Assembly (NCBI GenBank): GCA_964366325.1
Contig: CAYITD010000001.1
Span: forward strand, 41,922 to 105,921
Direction: 5' to 3'
Length of the DNA stretch: 64,000 bases
From: Candidatus Woesearchaeota archaeon
GTDB taxonomy: Archaea > Nanobdellota > Nanobdellia > Pacearchaeales > GW2011-AR1
Shown one piece after another: positions 36,659-47,413 of the stretch; the first letter of the stretch is position 1; every line of letters begins with the position of its first letter. Position numbers and translations under genes: made by a program. The notes beneath the pieces are model-generated. The model had not been told where the DNA came from. It did not search any database and worked only from the letters and a program-made list of their open reading frames with translations.

Positions 36659-38197
36659 TTGCAGGGACAAAAAGCAAGATATTCTAAATCAACAATGGAT
36701 GTTAAAGAAGAGAAAAAAATACAAGATAGGAAAGAAAATATAAAGAATTGGTTGAAAAACCCTCATAATCTTGCTTTAGTTGGAATTGTTATTTTCGCAT
36801 TTTTAATCAGACTTTATTATTTTATTCAAACTAGTGGTCAGACTCTATGGTGGGATGAAGCAGAATATGGATCAACAGCAAAAAATTGGGCATTAGACAC
36901 ACCTTATGACTACAATCCGCAAAGACCACCTTTATTTCAATTTATATGGTCTTTATTAATATCTTCAGGTTTACAAGAAAACGCAATAAAGTTTTTTATA
37001 ACAGTTATACCTGCGGTCTTTTTAGTATTTACAATTTATTTACTAGGTAGAGAAATGTTCAGTAAAGAAATTGGCTTAATAGCTGCCTTTTTATCTTCAG
37101 TTAGCTGGACACTTGTTTTTTGGGCTTCTCGTATTCAGCCAGATTTTATTTCTATGAGCTTCCAAGTTTTATCAATTTTTTTCATGTGGAAACATTGGAA
37201 AAAAACAAGTGCAAAATTTGTTTTTTTAGCAGCATTTTTTGCAGGACTAGGATTTTACTTTAAAGTTTCCGCTCTACTAGTGCCGATGATTTTTATTGTG
37301 TTTCTATTAATAAAAGAAAGATTTGGAGCATTCACAAATAAACACAACTACTATTTTGCTTTTATTTTCCTTCTTACCTTGGCGCCTTATTTTATCTGGT
37401 CCCAATTGACATTTGATAATCCATTAGGCTTTCGTGTTGGATATGTAGATGCACCTACGGACTTTCCAATTGGTTGGTACAATTTGAGGTTTTACCATTT
37501 CCTTACAGAAGGTCTATTATTTATTTTGTTTATTGTTGGAGTTTTATTAGCGTTTAGATTTTTATTATATTTTGATTTGATGATAAAAGAAAAACAGCGT
37601 TGTTTTGATCCTAAATTATTTAGTTTAATTTCACTTGCATTCATTTCTGTTTTCTATATTTTTTATATCCGAAATACAGATGATAGATGGGTTTTCCTGT
37701 GGTTACCATTTATTTTCTATATTATTGGATTAGCAGTTATGTTTGTGTACGAGTTTCTTAAAAAATATAAAAGAACAATTGCTATTATAATTTCAGTAGG
37801 CTTAATTGCATTTTCAGGATATGAGCAGTTAACTCATGCTAATAGCCTCATAGATTTAAAAAAAGATAGTTATATGCCTGTTAAATTAGGCGGAGAATGG
37901 ATAAAAGAAAATTCTGAAATAAACGATAAGTTGCTTTCAATTTCATACACACAAAGTGTTTACTATAGCGAAAGAAATGTAAGCACTTACGCAACTATTA
38001 AAAATAATTCAGAATTTGATAATTATCTTGATGGAAATAAGCCAAGATTTTTACAGGTTTCTATGTTTGAACCCCACCCTCCATGGGTTAATGATTGGAT
38101 CAATAAGAATGGAGAAAAATTAAGACCAGTGCAAGCTTATTTTGCAGATGCAGAGAAAAAGCAGCCAGTTTTAATAATTTATGAGATAAATTACTAG
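36659..38197 (+). CDS. GT-C fold membrane glycosyltransferase (ArnT/PMT, GT39/GT83-like)
   Basis: It has more than 10 TM segments and a first-loop WWDEAEYG acidic motif. ATG at 36695 is an alternative start. Confidence 0.6.
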   Translation: MQGQKARYSKSTMDVKEEKKIQDRKENIKNWLKNPHNLALVGIVIFAFLIRLYYFIQTSGQTLWWDEAEYGSTAKNWALDTPYDYNPQRPPLFQFIWSLLISSGLQENAIKFFITVIPAVFLVFTIYLLGREMFSKEIGLIAAFLSSVSWTLVFWASRIQPDFISMSFQVLSIFFMWKHWKKTSAKFVFLAAFFAGLGFYFKVSALLVPMIFIVFLLIKERFGAFTNKHNYYFAFIFLLTLAPYFIWSQLTFDNPLGFRVGYVDAPTDFPIGWYNLRFYHFLTEGLLFILFIVGVLLAFRFLLYFDLMIKEKQRCFDPKLFSLISLAFISVFYIFYIRNTDDRWVFLWLPFIFYIIGLAVMFVYEFLKKYKRTIAIIISVGLIAFSGYEQLTHANSLIDLKKDSYMPVKLGGEWIKENSEINDKLLSISYTQSVYYSERNVSTYATIKNNSEFDNYLDGNKPRFLQVSMFEPHPPWVNDWINKNGEKLRPVQAYFADAEKKQPVLIIYEINY

Positions 38198-38245
38198 GAA
38201 AGCATTTTAGATAAATTTATTAACACTTTTTTAATTTCATCTAAC

Positions 38246-39112
38246 ATGGAGTGTATAGTTTGTAAGGGTAAATCTTTTAAGAAGCTTCTTTTCATACATG
38301 AAGTTTCAAGATATACAAAAAAGGCATACTCTCTGTTTAAATGTCAAAAATGTGGTCTAATAAGGCCAAATCCCTTGCCTTATAAAGATGAAAATAAAAA
38401 TGATATTTATGATTCAGCAGATAATATAAAGTTCTATAACAAAGAAACAGAAAAATTCGATGAAAATAGCTATGAATATAAATTTTATTTCAATGGATTT
38501 AAAGCGTATCCGCTCATTATAGATGATTACAATATCTCTGGCAAGGCAATCGATATAGGCTGTGGAGCCGGGCATCTTATGTCCTTATTAACTAATAAAG
38601 GAATCAATGTAGAGGGGATGGAAATAAGTCCTTTATTAGTTAAGGCTATTAATAAAAAATTTAAAGTTTATTGTTGTGAAATAGGCAGTAAAAAAATTAA
38701 AAGAAAAAATTATAATTTAGCGACTTTTAATCATGTACTTGAGCATGTAGAAGATCCACAAAAATTCTTGGTAGAGGTTAATAAAATACTAATAAACGGA
38801 GGGCACCTGATTTTTGCGGTTCCATATTTACACGGATTGGTTCCAAGAATATTAAGAACTAAATGGTATGGTCTAGGATATGGGCAGCATTTAAATTTTT
38901 TCTCAAAAAAAAGTTTGGAAATCTTACTAAAAAACGCAGGGTTCAAAATATGCGAGTTTAGGGTTTTAAGTGTAAATTATGATCATCCTAAGTTTCCTAG
39001 AGTAGTTAATTTATTCGCCAATTTTCTAAGTAATTTGATCGTCCTAATTGGATTTGGAGACAATCTATTCACTATCGCTAAAAAAAATAGAGAGGTAGGA
39101 GAGCAAGAATGA
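38246..39112 (+). CDS. class I SAM-dependent methyltransferase with an N-terminal zinc ribbon
   Basis: It has the Cys pairs CIVCKG...CQKCG, the SAM motif IDIGCGAGHL, and VLEHVEDP. Confidence 0.75.
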   Translation: MECIVCKGKSFKKLLFIHEVSRYTKKAYSLFKCQKCGLIRPNPLPYKDENKNDIYDSADNIKFYNKETEKFDENSYEYKFYFNGFKAYPLIIDDYNISGKAIDIGCGAGHLMSLLTNKGINVEGMEISPLLVKAINKKFKVYCCEIGSKKIKRKNYNLATFNHVLEHVEDPQKFLVEVNKILINGGHLIFAVPYLHGLVPRILRTKWYGLGYGQHLNFFSKKSLEILLKNAGFKICEFRVLSVNYDHPKFPRVVNLFANFLSNLIVLIGFGDNLFTIAKKNREVGEQE

Positions 39113-39804
39113 ATTTTGGCCAATTATTATCTAGAGCATTTGAAAAAATTCCAGAATGGTCTATAAAAAACGATATAAGGTATTTTTTGGCTTTCAATAA
39201 ATTAGTTCCAAAATTTATTCAAGATATTTCCCCAGTAAAGGGCTATGAGTTGCATTATAATCTTAAACCTGGAGATATTGTAGTTGATGCTGGAGCGTAC
39301 CCTGGGGATTATGCTGTTTTTGCATCTAGAAAAGTTGGGAAAAATGGAAAAATAATATGTTTTGAACCAGATGAAAATAATAGAAAAATTCTCAGGAAAA
39401 ACCTTGAGCATGAGAGAAATAATAATTTTATAATAATCTCAAAAGGATTATGGGACAAAAATACTAAGCTCACTTTTAAGAGCTTAGACGGCCTGCATTC
39501 AACATTATTTTCTAATAATGGAAAAAGTGAAATAGAAGTAGTTAGACTTGATGATGAATTAAAAGGGTTAGGCATAAACAAAGTTGATGTTATTAAAATG
39601 GATATAGAAGGGGCAGAGATAGAAGCAATTCAGGGAGCTGTTAGAACTTTAAAAAATAATGACACTAAAGTCATGATTGCTTCTTATCACATAGTTAATG
39701 GTAAAAAGACAGCTCATTTTCTAGAAAATTTCTTGTCTTCCTTAGGTTACAAAACACTCTCAGACTTCCCAAAACATCTCACTACCTTCGGCTGGAAAAA
39801 TTAA
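39109..39804 (+). CDS. FkbM-family methyltransferase
   Basis: It has VVDAGAYPGDY, FEPDENN and IKMDIEGAEIEAIQGA. Confidence 0.75.
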   Translation: MNFGQLLSRAFEKIPEWSIKNDIRYFLAFNKLVPKFIQDISPVKGYELHYNLKPGDIVVDAGAYPGDYAVFASRKVGKNGKIICFEPDENNRKILRKNLEHERNNNFIIISKGLWDKNTKLTFKSLDGLHSTLFSNNGKSEIEVVRLDDELKGLGINKVDVIKMDIEGAEIEAIQGAVRTLKNNDTKVMIASYHIVNGKKTAHFLENFLSSLGYKTLSDFPKHLTTFGWKN

Positions 39805-40784
39805 AACTTAGTTTTAATAAAAGCAAGAATATATGACATAGTGGTAAAACACGATAAAAACGGGTGAAGCAACCAAGCTTTATTATTATATTTAATTAAC
39901 ATTTTCAATGAGACAAAAAAAGCAGGTACAAATAATAGATTATATAATATTTCATAACTAAATCTTATTTTGCCAAATTTTCCAAACAATCCGCCAGACC
40001 ATTTAAATTCTCTAACAAGTGAAGGGTTATTAAAATAATAACTTGCCCATTTGATTTTTTTCCTTAGAAATTCAGACGTGCTCTTAGTCATTAAATGGTG
40101 CATATGTGCTTCTTTTGGGATGGCTAGAGTAGACAGTCCTTCTTTAGCTAATTTATAAATTACATCAACATCTCTAGTATATCCTCCTATTTTTTTAAGA
40201 GTTTCCTTTCTAAATGACAGGTAATACCCTCCAGCTATAAAGTAATTTTTCAAATCATTTTTATATTGATAGTATTTGCCCTTATCTTCTAGTTTGAGGT
40301 TCCCAAAAGTTATTTGAGGATCAATAGAGCAGTAAATGGCAAACGGATCAGTACCAACAAAACTAAGGTATTGGTTAATCAAAGGATCGCTTTTTACAAC
40401 AGCCATTCTAGATATGCAGAAAGTTATGTTTTTATCTAGCATTAAGGGGTAGATTGTTTTTTTTATCCAATCTTTTTCAACAAGTGCGTTATCTGAGTCT
40501 ATGGTGACAATTATCTCCCCTGTAGCTTTAGAGCATCCAATTGATTTTGGCATGCCCTTTCCTTCCATATAGCCCCTAATTTTAGTTAAAATGAGTTTGC
40601 AGCCATACTTCTTTACCATCTCGATAGTTCCATCGTTAGAGTAACTATCGACAACCAATATCTCTATTTTATTTTTAGGATAATCTTGTTTTTTTATACT
40701 TTTAATACATCTTTCCGCATAATCTTTACAATTTAAAGTACATATTACAAAACTTACTTTAGGCTCTTTCATTTTTCTTCCCAA
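39801..40784 (-). CDS. glycosyltransferase family 2
   Basis: It has VSFVICTLNCKDYAERCIKSI, VVDSYSNDGT and TIDSDN. Confidence 0.8.
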   Translation of the reverse strand: MGRKMKEPKVSFVICTLNCKDYAERCIKSIKKQDYPKNKIEILVVDSYSNDGTIEMVKKYGCKLILTKIRGYMEGKGMPKSIGCSKATGEIIVTIDSDNALVEKDWIKKTIYPLMLDKNITFCISRMAVVKSDPLINQYLSFVGTDPFAIYCSIDPQITFGNLKLEDKGKYYQYKNDLKNYFIAGGYYLSFRKETLKKIGGYTRDVDVIYKLAKEGLSTLAIPKEAHMHHLMTKSTSEFLRKKIKWASYYFNNPSLVREFKWSGGLFGKFGKIRFSYEILYNLLFVPAFFVSLKMLIKYNNKAWLLHPFLSCFTTMSYILAFIKTKF

Positions 40785-41691
40785 TTCTAGATATTAAACC
40801 CTTTATAAAACCAGCACCGTAACTCAAGTGAATAATAAAAAATATTAGTAATAGCAAAGGTATTGATGATAAATTTTTATTTTTAATTCCCGCATAAACA
40901 GAAAAAACGATATCGGATAATATGTAAATTATTAATGGCAAAATAAATAATAGACTTATCAGGGAAAGGGGGGGCAAAATGAGTATATATAAAAGAAAAG
41001 CACTAGGGACTATGAAAGAAGGGTTATTAAAAATTTCTTCAGATATTCTCTCAGATGATCTAACGCAACCATAATCAAAAATTTGTTTTATTAAACTCTT
41101 CACAGTTGGCCTTCTTCTGTGGTAGATAAATATTTCTGGAGAATAAGCAATATTAAGTTTGTTTATTTTTGCCAGATTAACAAAGTTAGTATCATCTCCT
41201 GGATAGAAAGTTCTATCGAATTTTATTTTTTCAAAGACTTTCTTTTTACAGGTTAAATTGGCTCCACTAGTGTAGTTGCTGTTTGCTTCTAAGTTTAGTG
41301 GAGCTTTAGTATATCTTCTAAACATTTGACCGGTAGCAAACCTACTTCCCAAGGCATAACCACTAACTTTACCAAAAAATGAGTCATCGTGGGGCGTCAG
41401 CTGAGGCCCACCAAGAATATCTACTTTAGGATATTTTTTAAAGAAGGAATCTACTTTCCTAAGAAAGTCTTTTTCTATAACTCCATCATCATCTAAAAAA
41501 ACTATAAACTGCCCATTAGCTTCAAGAGCTCCGTTATTTCTATTATCAGATACATTAAGGCCTTTTTTTATTATGACTTCAAATTTTCTCTTTGGATAAT
41601 CTAAATTTTTTATAGAACTTAAAATTTCTGCATCTCTCCAAGGAGCCAAAGCGATTACAATAGAAAACTCAGGTTTTTGTTTTTTTTTCAT
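40759..41691 (-). CDS. glycosyltransferase family 2 with C-terminal TM segments
   Basis: It has FSIVIALAPWRD and FLDDDG. An A9 tract follows the ATG directly. Confidence 0.7.
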   Translation of the reverse strand: MKKKQKPEFSIVIALAPWRDAEILSSIKNLDYPKRKFEVIIKKGLNVSDNRNNGALEANGQFIVFLDDDGVIEKDFLRKVDSFFKKYPKVDILGGPQLTPHDDSFFGKVSGYALGSRFATGQMFRRYTKAPLNLEANSNYTSGANLTCKKKVFEKIKFDRTFYPGDDTNFVNLAKINKLNIAYSPEIFIYHRRRPTVKSLIKQIFDYGCVRSSERISEEIFNNPSFIVPSAFLLYILILPPLSLISLLFILPLIIYILSDIVFSVYAGIKNKNLSSIPLLLLIFFIIHLSYGAGFIKGLISRIGKKNERA

Positions 41692-42461
41692 TTTGGCATA
41701 AATCCTAAAAATTTATCATATATCCTTACAAATCTTCTAAGCGGAGAATTTATTATTCTCAACCTTAAAACCGCTAGAAACATAATAGGCGCAGATCTTA
41801 CAAAATTTATTGTTGAATATTCTTTATCAACCCAAATAGTCGGTATATCGATTATCCTTTTTTTCATCTTTTTTAACATATATAACATCTCAACATCGAA
41901 GGCCCACTTAGTCATGCCTAATTTAGGTAAAAGTTTTTCAATAACTTTTCTTCTGAATATCTTTGCACCGCATTGTGTGTCAGTATATGGAATAAATAAG
42001 AAAAATCTCACAATTAGATTAAAAATTCTTCCCGAGACAATTCTCCTAAAAGTAATAGGTGGGTAAACTTTAGAGCCAGGTAGATATCGATTAGCTATAA
42101 TTCCATCAAATTTATCTATCCCTTTTATTAACTTAAAATATTCTTCTGGCGATGTAGCCATATCCGCATCAACAAAGCCAATTAAATCATTTTCTCTCTT
42201 AAGTCCTTCTTTAAATCCTTCTATTACTGCGTAACCTTTTCCACCCTTAGGTAAATTTAGATAACTAATTCTTTGATTAATATTGCTAAATTTTTTGACG
42301 ATTTCCTCAGTTTTATCTTTTGTATTGTTTATAGAAACAAGTATTTCATAATCAATTTTTTCTTTCATTCTAATATTTTCAAAATAATCAGAGTAAGCCT
42401 CAAGAGTTTTTCCAATACGTCTTTCTTCATTATATGCAGGGATTACTATAAAAGCTTTCAT
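41688..42461 (-). CDS. polyprenyl(dolichyl)-phosphate glycosyltransferase, GT2 (Dpm1/AglD/AglJ-like)
   Basis: It has IVIPAYNEERRIGKTLE, GFVDADMATSPEE and TQCGAKIFRR. Confidence 0.8.
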   Translation of the reverse strand: MKAFIVIPAYNEERRIGKTLEAYSDYFENIRMKEKIDYEILVSINNTKDKTEEIVKKFSNINQRISYLNLPKGGKGYAVIEGFKEGLKRENDLIGFVDADMATSPEEYFKLIKGIDKFDGIIANRYLPGSKVYPPITFRRIVSGRIFNLIVRFFLFIPYTDTQCGAKIFRRKVIEKLLPKLGMTKWAFDVEMLYMLKKMKKRIIDIPTIWVDKEYSTINFVRSAPIMFLAVLRLRIINSPLRRFVRIYDKFLGFMPK

Positions 42462-43663
42462 TTATTTAATAGTGCTACAGAGGTTATTAAAAATATCGCT
42501 GATGCACACAATAAAGCATAGCAAAAGCTTAAAATATCGCTGGAGAAATAAATAGTTAAAAATAATTGAATTGGAATAATCAACACAAATCCTAAATAGT
42601 TTTTAGTTTTATTTTGTGATAATTTATAAGAAATTATTAAATTAGATAAAGAAAGAAGACTTACACTAAGGCCCAAAATAAAAATAACAGGTATGATTTC
42701 TTTTATGATTCTCCCAGTAAATATTCTTACAACAATCTCAGGAAAAATTAATATTACACAAAGAATAGGAATAATAATAAGAAAAAACATCAGTAGTGAA
42801 TTTAAAAACAGATTGCTTGACTTTTTTACTTTTATGTTAGAGGCAGACAAAGGAAATAAAGCCTTGCCTAGTGGATGGCTTATCATAAATATAGATTTGC
42901 TAATTACAGAGGCTATGGCATATATACCAGTAGTTTCTGGAGAGAACAAAACTTTTGCAATTATTATATCTAAACTTAAAAATAATATTATAATTAGATT
43001 TGTAACAAAAACTGGTTTAGAGTACTTGTATATATCCAATGTTTTTGCTATTTTTTCTTTTTTAGCTCTAATTTTTTTAAGTTTAATAAAAGTGTAAAAA
43101 AAGGCAATTACATTACTTAATATTATCCCAAATATCGCTCCAACAACTTTAAAACCAACAAATATTAAAATCAAAGACAGAAATAGTTTGGATAATCCTT
43201 CCACTACAAGGCTCATACCCAGAGGTAAAAAGAATTTTTTCCCTAGCAATAGGCCTCTTGTAACAGGCATTAGAAAAGCTGAAAAAATCATAGGTCCTGC
43301 AAGTGCAAGTAGATAATAATCGATCTTGAGTAAAAAAGAAAGAGGAATTGCGAATAGTAGATATATTAAAAATATTACAAAGGCTAATTTAAAAGACTTT
43401 CTCATTGATTTATTAAGTATGTTTTTTATCTTAGAATCATTTTTTTCTTTAGATACATATTTAGCGATAATTGTTTGTATAGATTCATTAAATACCGCGA
43501 AGATTATTATTATATACAATATAACAACAAGTGTGCCGTAATCAACTATACTTAAAAATCGAGTCATAAAAATCTGAAATAAAAAATTTAACAAATTGAA
43601 GACATTAACCGTAAAAAGCAAAACAATGCTACCCCCTACTAAATTTCTATCAATTTTTACCAT
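42458..43663 (-). CDS. MOP-superfamily oligosaccharide flippase (Wzx-like)
   Basis: This 401-aa polytopic membrane protein sits in the agl operon. The family is inferred from topology and context. Confidence 0.55.
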   Translation of the reverse strand: MVKIDRNLVGGSIVLLFTVNVFNLLNFLFQIFMTRFLSIVDYGTLVVILYIIIIFAVFNESIQTIIAKYVSKEKNDSKIKNILNKSMRKSFKLAFVIFLIYLLFAIPLSFLLKIDYYLLALAGPMIFSAFLMPVTRGLLLGKKFFLPLGMSLVVEGLSKLFLSLILIFVGFKVVGAIFGIILSNVIAFFYTFIKLKKIRAKKEKIAKTLDIYKYSKPVFVTNLIIILFLSLDIIIAKVLFSPETTGIYAIASVISKSIFMISHPLGKALFPLSASNIKVKKSSNLFLNSLLMFFLIIIPILCVILIFPEIVVRIFTGRIIKEIIPVIFILGLSVSLLSLSNLIISYKLSQNKTKNYLGFVLIIPIQLFLTIYFSSDILSFCYALLCASAIFLITSVALLNK

Positions 43664-43664
43664 T

Positions 43665-44678
43665 TTAGATGAATATACCTTTATAGAAAATTAAGAATCC
43701 TAAAACGATTATAAAAATCTGAAATAACCATATAGCTAAAACAACCTTCTTTTCATTCGCTTTTCCATTATATTTATTTATTAGATATATTGCTAAATGA
43801 TTAAGGCTGTAAATTTTATCGTATTCAAGTTCAAGAAAATTATCTTTTTTTGGCCTTCCAAAAGAGTATTTTTTTAGACCTCCTCTTAGCTTAAGTATTG
43901 TTTCAATTAGGTAAGGTATAAAGAAAAACATCGCTATTTTTTCAAAGTTGCCTAATATGGCCATTATAGCAATCATCGCACCAATAGGATAGGTCAGAGA
44001 ATCTCCGGGGAAAATTTTTGCAGGATAAAAATTGAAAATTAAAAATGCTAACAAAGAAGCAATCATACATATAGCGATAAAAGCAAGCCAAGTATGTCCA
44101 GTTAAATAGGCTACAATGCTTAAAGCACTCAAAATAAATATTCCCTGTCCAGCCTCTAGGCCATTAAACCCTGCCAGAAAGTTAAAAGTTGTTGTAGTGC
44201 CAGTTATTGCCAAAGGTATTAAAAAAAGAGGATAAATTAAACCTAAATCAACGTTTCCAATTAAAGGTAGTAAAATAGAGCTTTTACCAGCATTTATCAC
44301 AACCAAAGGTATTGATGATAAGGCGACAAGAACAATTCTTGTTCGTTTAGATAAACCTCCCTTTCTCCAGCCAAGTAAATCATCAATAAAACCTAAACCT
44401 CCAACTAAAAGAATAACAGTTAATAAAGAAAACATTTCTATAAGGTTATTGTTTTCTTTTAAATAAAAAACGAGAAGACCAATATATAAAAGAATTCCAA
44501 TAACAAAGCCAACAAGTGTAGATATTCCTCCAGATCCAGCAACTTTAAGTTTAGATAATTTATTCATATCTTCCCACATCAAATCTATTTGGTGAGCTTT
44601 TTTTATCCAAGAAGGTATTATAAAAAATGTTACTATAAAAGTGACTAATACAGGCAAAACTAAAATATGTTCTATCAT
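43665..44678 (-). CDS. dolichyl-phosphate hexose/HexNAc-1-phosphate transferase (MraY/WecA/AglH family)
   Basis: It has GFIDDLLGW, FNFLAGFNGLEAGQG and FPGDSL, and is polytopic. Confidence 0.8.
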   Translation of the reverse strand: MIEHILVLPVLVTFIVTFFIIPSWIKKAHQIDLMWEDMNKLSKLKVAGSGGISTLVGFVIGILLYIGLLVFYLKENNNLIEMFSLLTVILLVGGLGFIDDLLGWRKGGLSKRTRIVLVALSSIPLVVINAGKSSILLPLIGNVDLGLIYPLFLIPLAITGTTTTFNFLAGFNGLEAGQGIFILSALSIVAYLTGHTWLAFIAICMIASLLAFLIFNFYPAKIFPGDSLTYPIGAMIAIMAILGNFEKIAMFFFIPYLIETILKLRGGLKKYSFGRPKKDNFLELEYDKIYSLNHLAIYLINKYNGKANEKKVVLAIWLFQIFIIVLGFLIFYKGIFI

Positions 44679-44680
44679 TT

Positions 44681-47386
44681 TTAAGATGGGGGTACAACCT
44701 TCTTAGGGGAAGTTTCAAGGTAATCCTTGTTAACTTTTATGTTGCTCGGATAATTGATCTTCCATATCCTAATTGGTCCTCTGAATCCTTCATAAAAAAC
44801 TATATCTTCAGAAAGATATCCCTGATTTTTCAACTGAGCTACAAAAAAATCATCTTCACTATGCTCTAATTCAAAATATGGATCTCTTTCTTTATATAAA
44901 TATAGTCTAGTCAATTGAGACTTAACCGTTCTATTGCTTAAGTAAATCATAGCGCCATCTGTCTCGATTTGTCCACTGCCGCTTCCAGTAGAAGTAACTT
45001 TTGGAAATATAAAGAATCCAGAACTCACACCAACTCCATAATCTTTAAACTCTTTATCAAAAGAGTATCTTAATGGAATATTGTACTGTTTATTTTGATA
45101 CACAAAGATTCCAGTTGGTTGCGTTACAATTTTGTTAGTATTTTTATCTCTCTCGATAACCACTGCCCCTATTCCTGCCTTCTGCTTAGGTAAAAATATC
45201 CTAGTATTGTTTTCAACATAGGTTATATCTTCATCCAAAACCGTGCCTCCTAAATAGATGAATTGTGTACTATTCTTTTTTTCTTGGGTCTGTTTAGTGT
45301 CTTTTGTAAATATGGGAAGCCAGCTATAGTGATCATAATTCTCATCACTTCCTATACTAGAGAATGCAGGATACTTTCCTATGTCTGAAGAGTCTATTAA
45401 AAAGTGAGTTGTGTTATGGCTGTATAAAAATTCGAGAGCTTCCTTATCGTTTGTGCCTGTTAAAGCATACCTACCCATAAAGTAATTCCAGTAAGAAATA
45501 GCATTCCCACCGTCTAAAACAGTCGCCCTCTCGCCAATTGATTGTACCCAGTAGCCATAATCCCACCAATGCCCAAAAACAGCGTTCTCAGGTGTGTTTT
45601 CACGTACCCAAGACATAGCTTTTTGCCATTGTTGGTTATAAGCAGAAGGAATAAAAGATTGTGCAGTAGCAATACTGGATTGGTAAAAGTAATATCCAGA
45701 ATAAGCCAACAAAAATACAACAAACACACTAGCCACAATATAAACAGTTTTCTTAGTGCTTTTGTGCATAGTGTAACCACTTTTTATTAAAGAAACAGCA
45801 AAATATGAAACAATTATTGAACACGGTGGAACAAGCATCATTATCAGCCTTACTGCTCCTCTAGCAGATACAATACTAAAAAAGAAGAACGAGAATAGCA
45901 TAATTTTTCCAAAATCTATTTCTTTAAACTTATCAATCTTACCAGCTTTGTAATATTTATAATAATAATATCCAAAAGATCCAACAAAGAAAATAACTCC
46001 AAAAAGGTAAAATGCTATACTCACAGTATTTGTTCCATTAAATGTGGTATTCTCAGAATATCTACTAAATATTATAGCTATAAGAAAAATAAAGTAAGAA
46101 AAAGTGTTTACAATTCTTTCTTTTGTTTTGTCAAAAACAACCATCATCTTATAATACAAAAAGATTGATGCAAAGAAAAATAGCCAGAAAAATATAGGAA
46201 CTCCATGGAAGAATGGCCCAAAGCTCCCAGTCCATTCGTTAAAGAAAGGTTGTCTGTTTTCAGCGACAGTTACATTTAATCTATCTGTAACAGGCGTTAT
46301 TAAGACTTTGGCAATGCCTCTTATTTTGTCTATTAAAAAATTAGGTCCTCCATATATAGAGCCTAAAACAATTGCTAAAACAACAGTAACACACAAAGAG
46401 ATGATCTGTTTAGGCAACTTAATATTATGTAATTTATTGAAATATTTTCTCAACTTGCTATCAAATAAAATATAGTTAACAATAAACAAAAGCAATATTC
46501 CCAAAGGTATTAAAATTACTGTAGAATTAAAAAACTCTGAAAAGGTATACCTTAAGGAGAAAATGTGAGCTATAAACAACGTAAAAAAAAGCCACAATGA
46601 ACTAACAATTATTTTATTTTTATCCATTTTTAAGAGAAAGAAGGCAATTAATATGGTTAACGAGAGAATAACATAAATATAAACAACTCCTCCCCATATA
46701 AGGGCCGTCAAGGCAGTAGAAGCACCCGAAAATACAGCAAGTAGGAATTGTTTTTTTGTGCTTTTATTTTCCAGTAAAGCAGCCAAAAATAAATAAAAGG
46801 CAAGAAACATAAATAAAAAGGATCCTGCTTCCTTCTCAGGAATTCCAGCAATAGTTCTAGGAAGATAAACAGGAATAACAGCCATAAAAAAAGTAGCTAT
46901 AACTGCTATAGATCCAGCCCAAAATTTTCCCATTCTTTCAGAGAACATTTTTCTTGTAAGTAAGAAATAACAGAAAAGACCAAAGGAGAAAATTATAGCT
47001 GGAAATAGTGCAGCAGATTGCTCAACTGAAGTAGAACCAAAGATAACGGCTATTTTATGAAACCAAGCTATTAAGTATGGGAGAAAGATTAATTCATATT
47101 TGGTATAAAAACCAAGTGGCACATATCTCATGTAGTCTACATCCATAAGGCTTCCATGAGTTACTATATATTTAGCCCATCTCAAAAAAAGAAAGGGATC
47201 CAGATCAGGGCCTAGGGTCCAACCGCCGGTAGTAATATCTCTAAGCCCAGATAAGTTTCTAGTTCTTATCCATAAAGAAACGAAGAAAACAACAAGCAAC
47301 AAAATATAGACCAAATAATGTCTATTCCTAATAATTAAATTTTTAATTTTTTCTTCTCTAACCTTTATCTCATGTTCATCCATCAT
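44681..47386 (-). CDS. aglB: archaeal oligosaccharyltransferase AglB (STT3 family)
   Basis: This 901-aa protein has a 13-TM-type N-terminal half and the catalytic motif HWWDYGYW, followed by a soluble C-terminal domain. Confidence 0.85.
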   Translation of the reverse strand: MMDEHEIKVREEKIKNLIIRNRHYLVYILLLVVFFVSLWIRTRNLSGLRDITTGGWTLGPDLDPFLFLRWAKYIVTHGSLMDVDYMRYVPLGFYTKYELIFLPYLIAWFHKIAVIFGSTSVEQSAALFPAIIFSFGLFCYFLLTRKMFSERMGKFWAGSIAVIATFFMAVIPVYLPRTIAGIPEKEAGSFLFMFLAFYLFLAALLENKSTKKQFLLAVFSGASTALTALIWGGVVYIYVILSLTILIAFFLLKMDKNKIIVSSLWLFFTLFIAHIFSLRYTFSEFFNSTVILIPLGILLLFIVNYILFDSKLRKYFNKLHNIKLPKQIISLCVTVVLAIVLGSIYGGPNFLIDKIRGIAKVLITPVTDRLNVTVAENRQPFFNEWTGSFGPFFHGVPIFFWLFFFASIFLYYKMMVVFDKTKERIVNTFSYFIFLIAIIFSRYSENTTFNGTNTVSIAFYLFGVIFFVGSFGYYYYKYYKAGKIDKFKEIDFGKIMLFSFFFFSIVSARGAVRLIMMLVPPCSIIVSYFAVSLIKSGYTMHKSTKKTVYIVASVFVVFLLAYSGYYFYQSSIATAQSFIPSAYNQQWQKAMSWVRENTPENAVFGHWWDYGYWVQSIGERATVLDGGNAISYWNYFMGRYALTGTNDKEALEFLYSHNTTHFLIDSSDIGKYPAFSSIGSDENYDHYSWLPIFTKDTKQTQEKKNSTQFIYLGGTVLDEDITYVENNTRIFLPKQKAGIGAVVIERDKNTNKIVTQPTGIFVYQNKQYNIPLRYSFDKEFKDYGVGVSSGFFIFPKVTSTGSGSGQIETDGAMIYLSNRTVKSQLTRLYLYKERDPYFELEHSEDDFFVAQLKNQGYLSEDIVFYEGFRGPIRIWKINYPSNIKVNKDYLETSPKKVVPPS

Positions 47387-47404
47387 ATGTTTAAAAATAA
47401 AGGC

Positions 47405-47413
47405 TATATAAAT
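47405..47413 (-). promoter_or_regulatory. TATA-like box for the aglB operon
   Basis: ATTTATATA (minus-strand reading of 47405-47413) lies 23-26 nt upstream of the tandem ATGATG start at 47381-47386. Confidence 0.45.

Noticed and set aside
41677-43541. Plus-strand track ORFs 41677..42066, 42273..42521, 42693..43097 and 43326..43541.
   Set aside because: They are antisense to the Dpm1-like GT2 and the flippase genes of the tightly packed aglB operon. Their translations are low-complexity Ile/Phe/Leu/Asn strings, as expected from the reverse complement of AT-rich membrane-protein genes.
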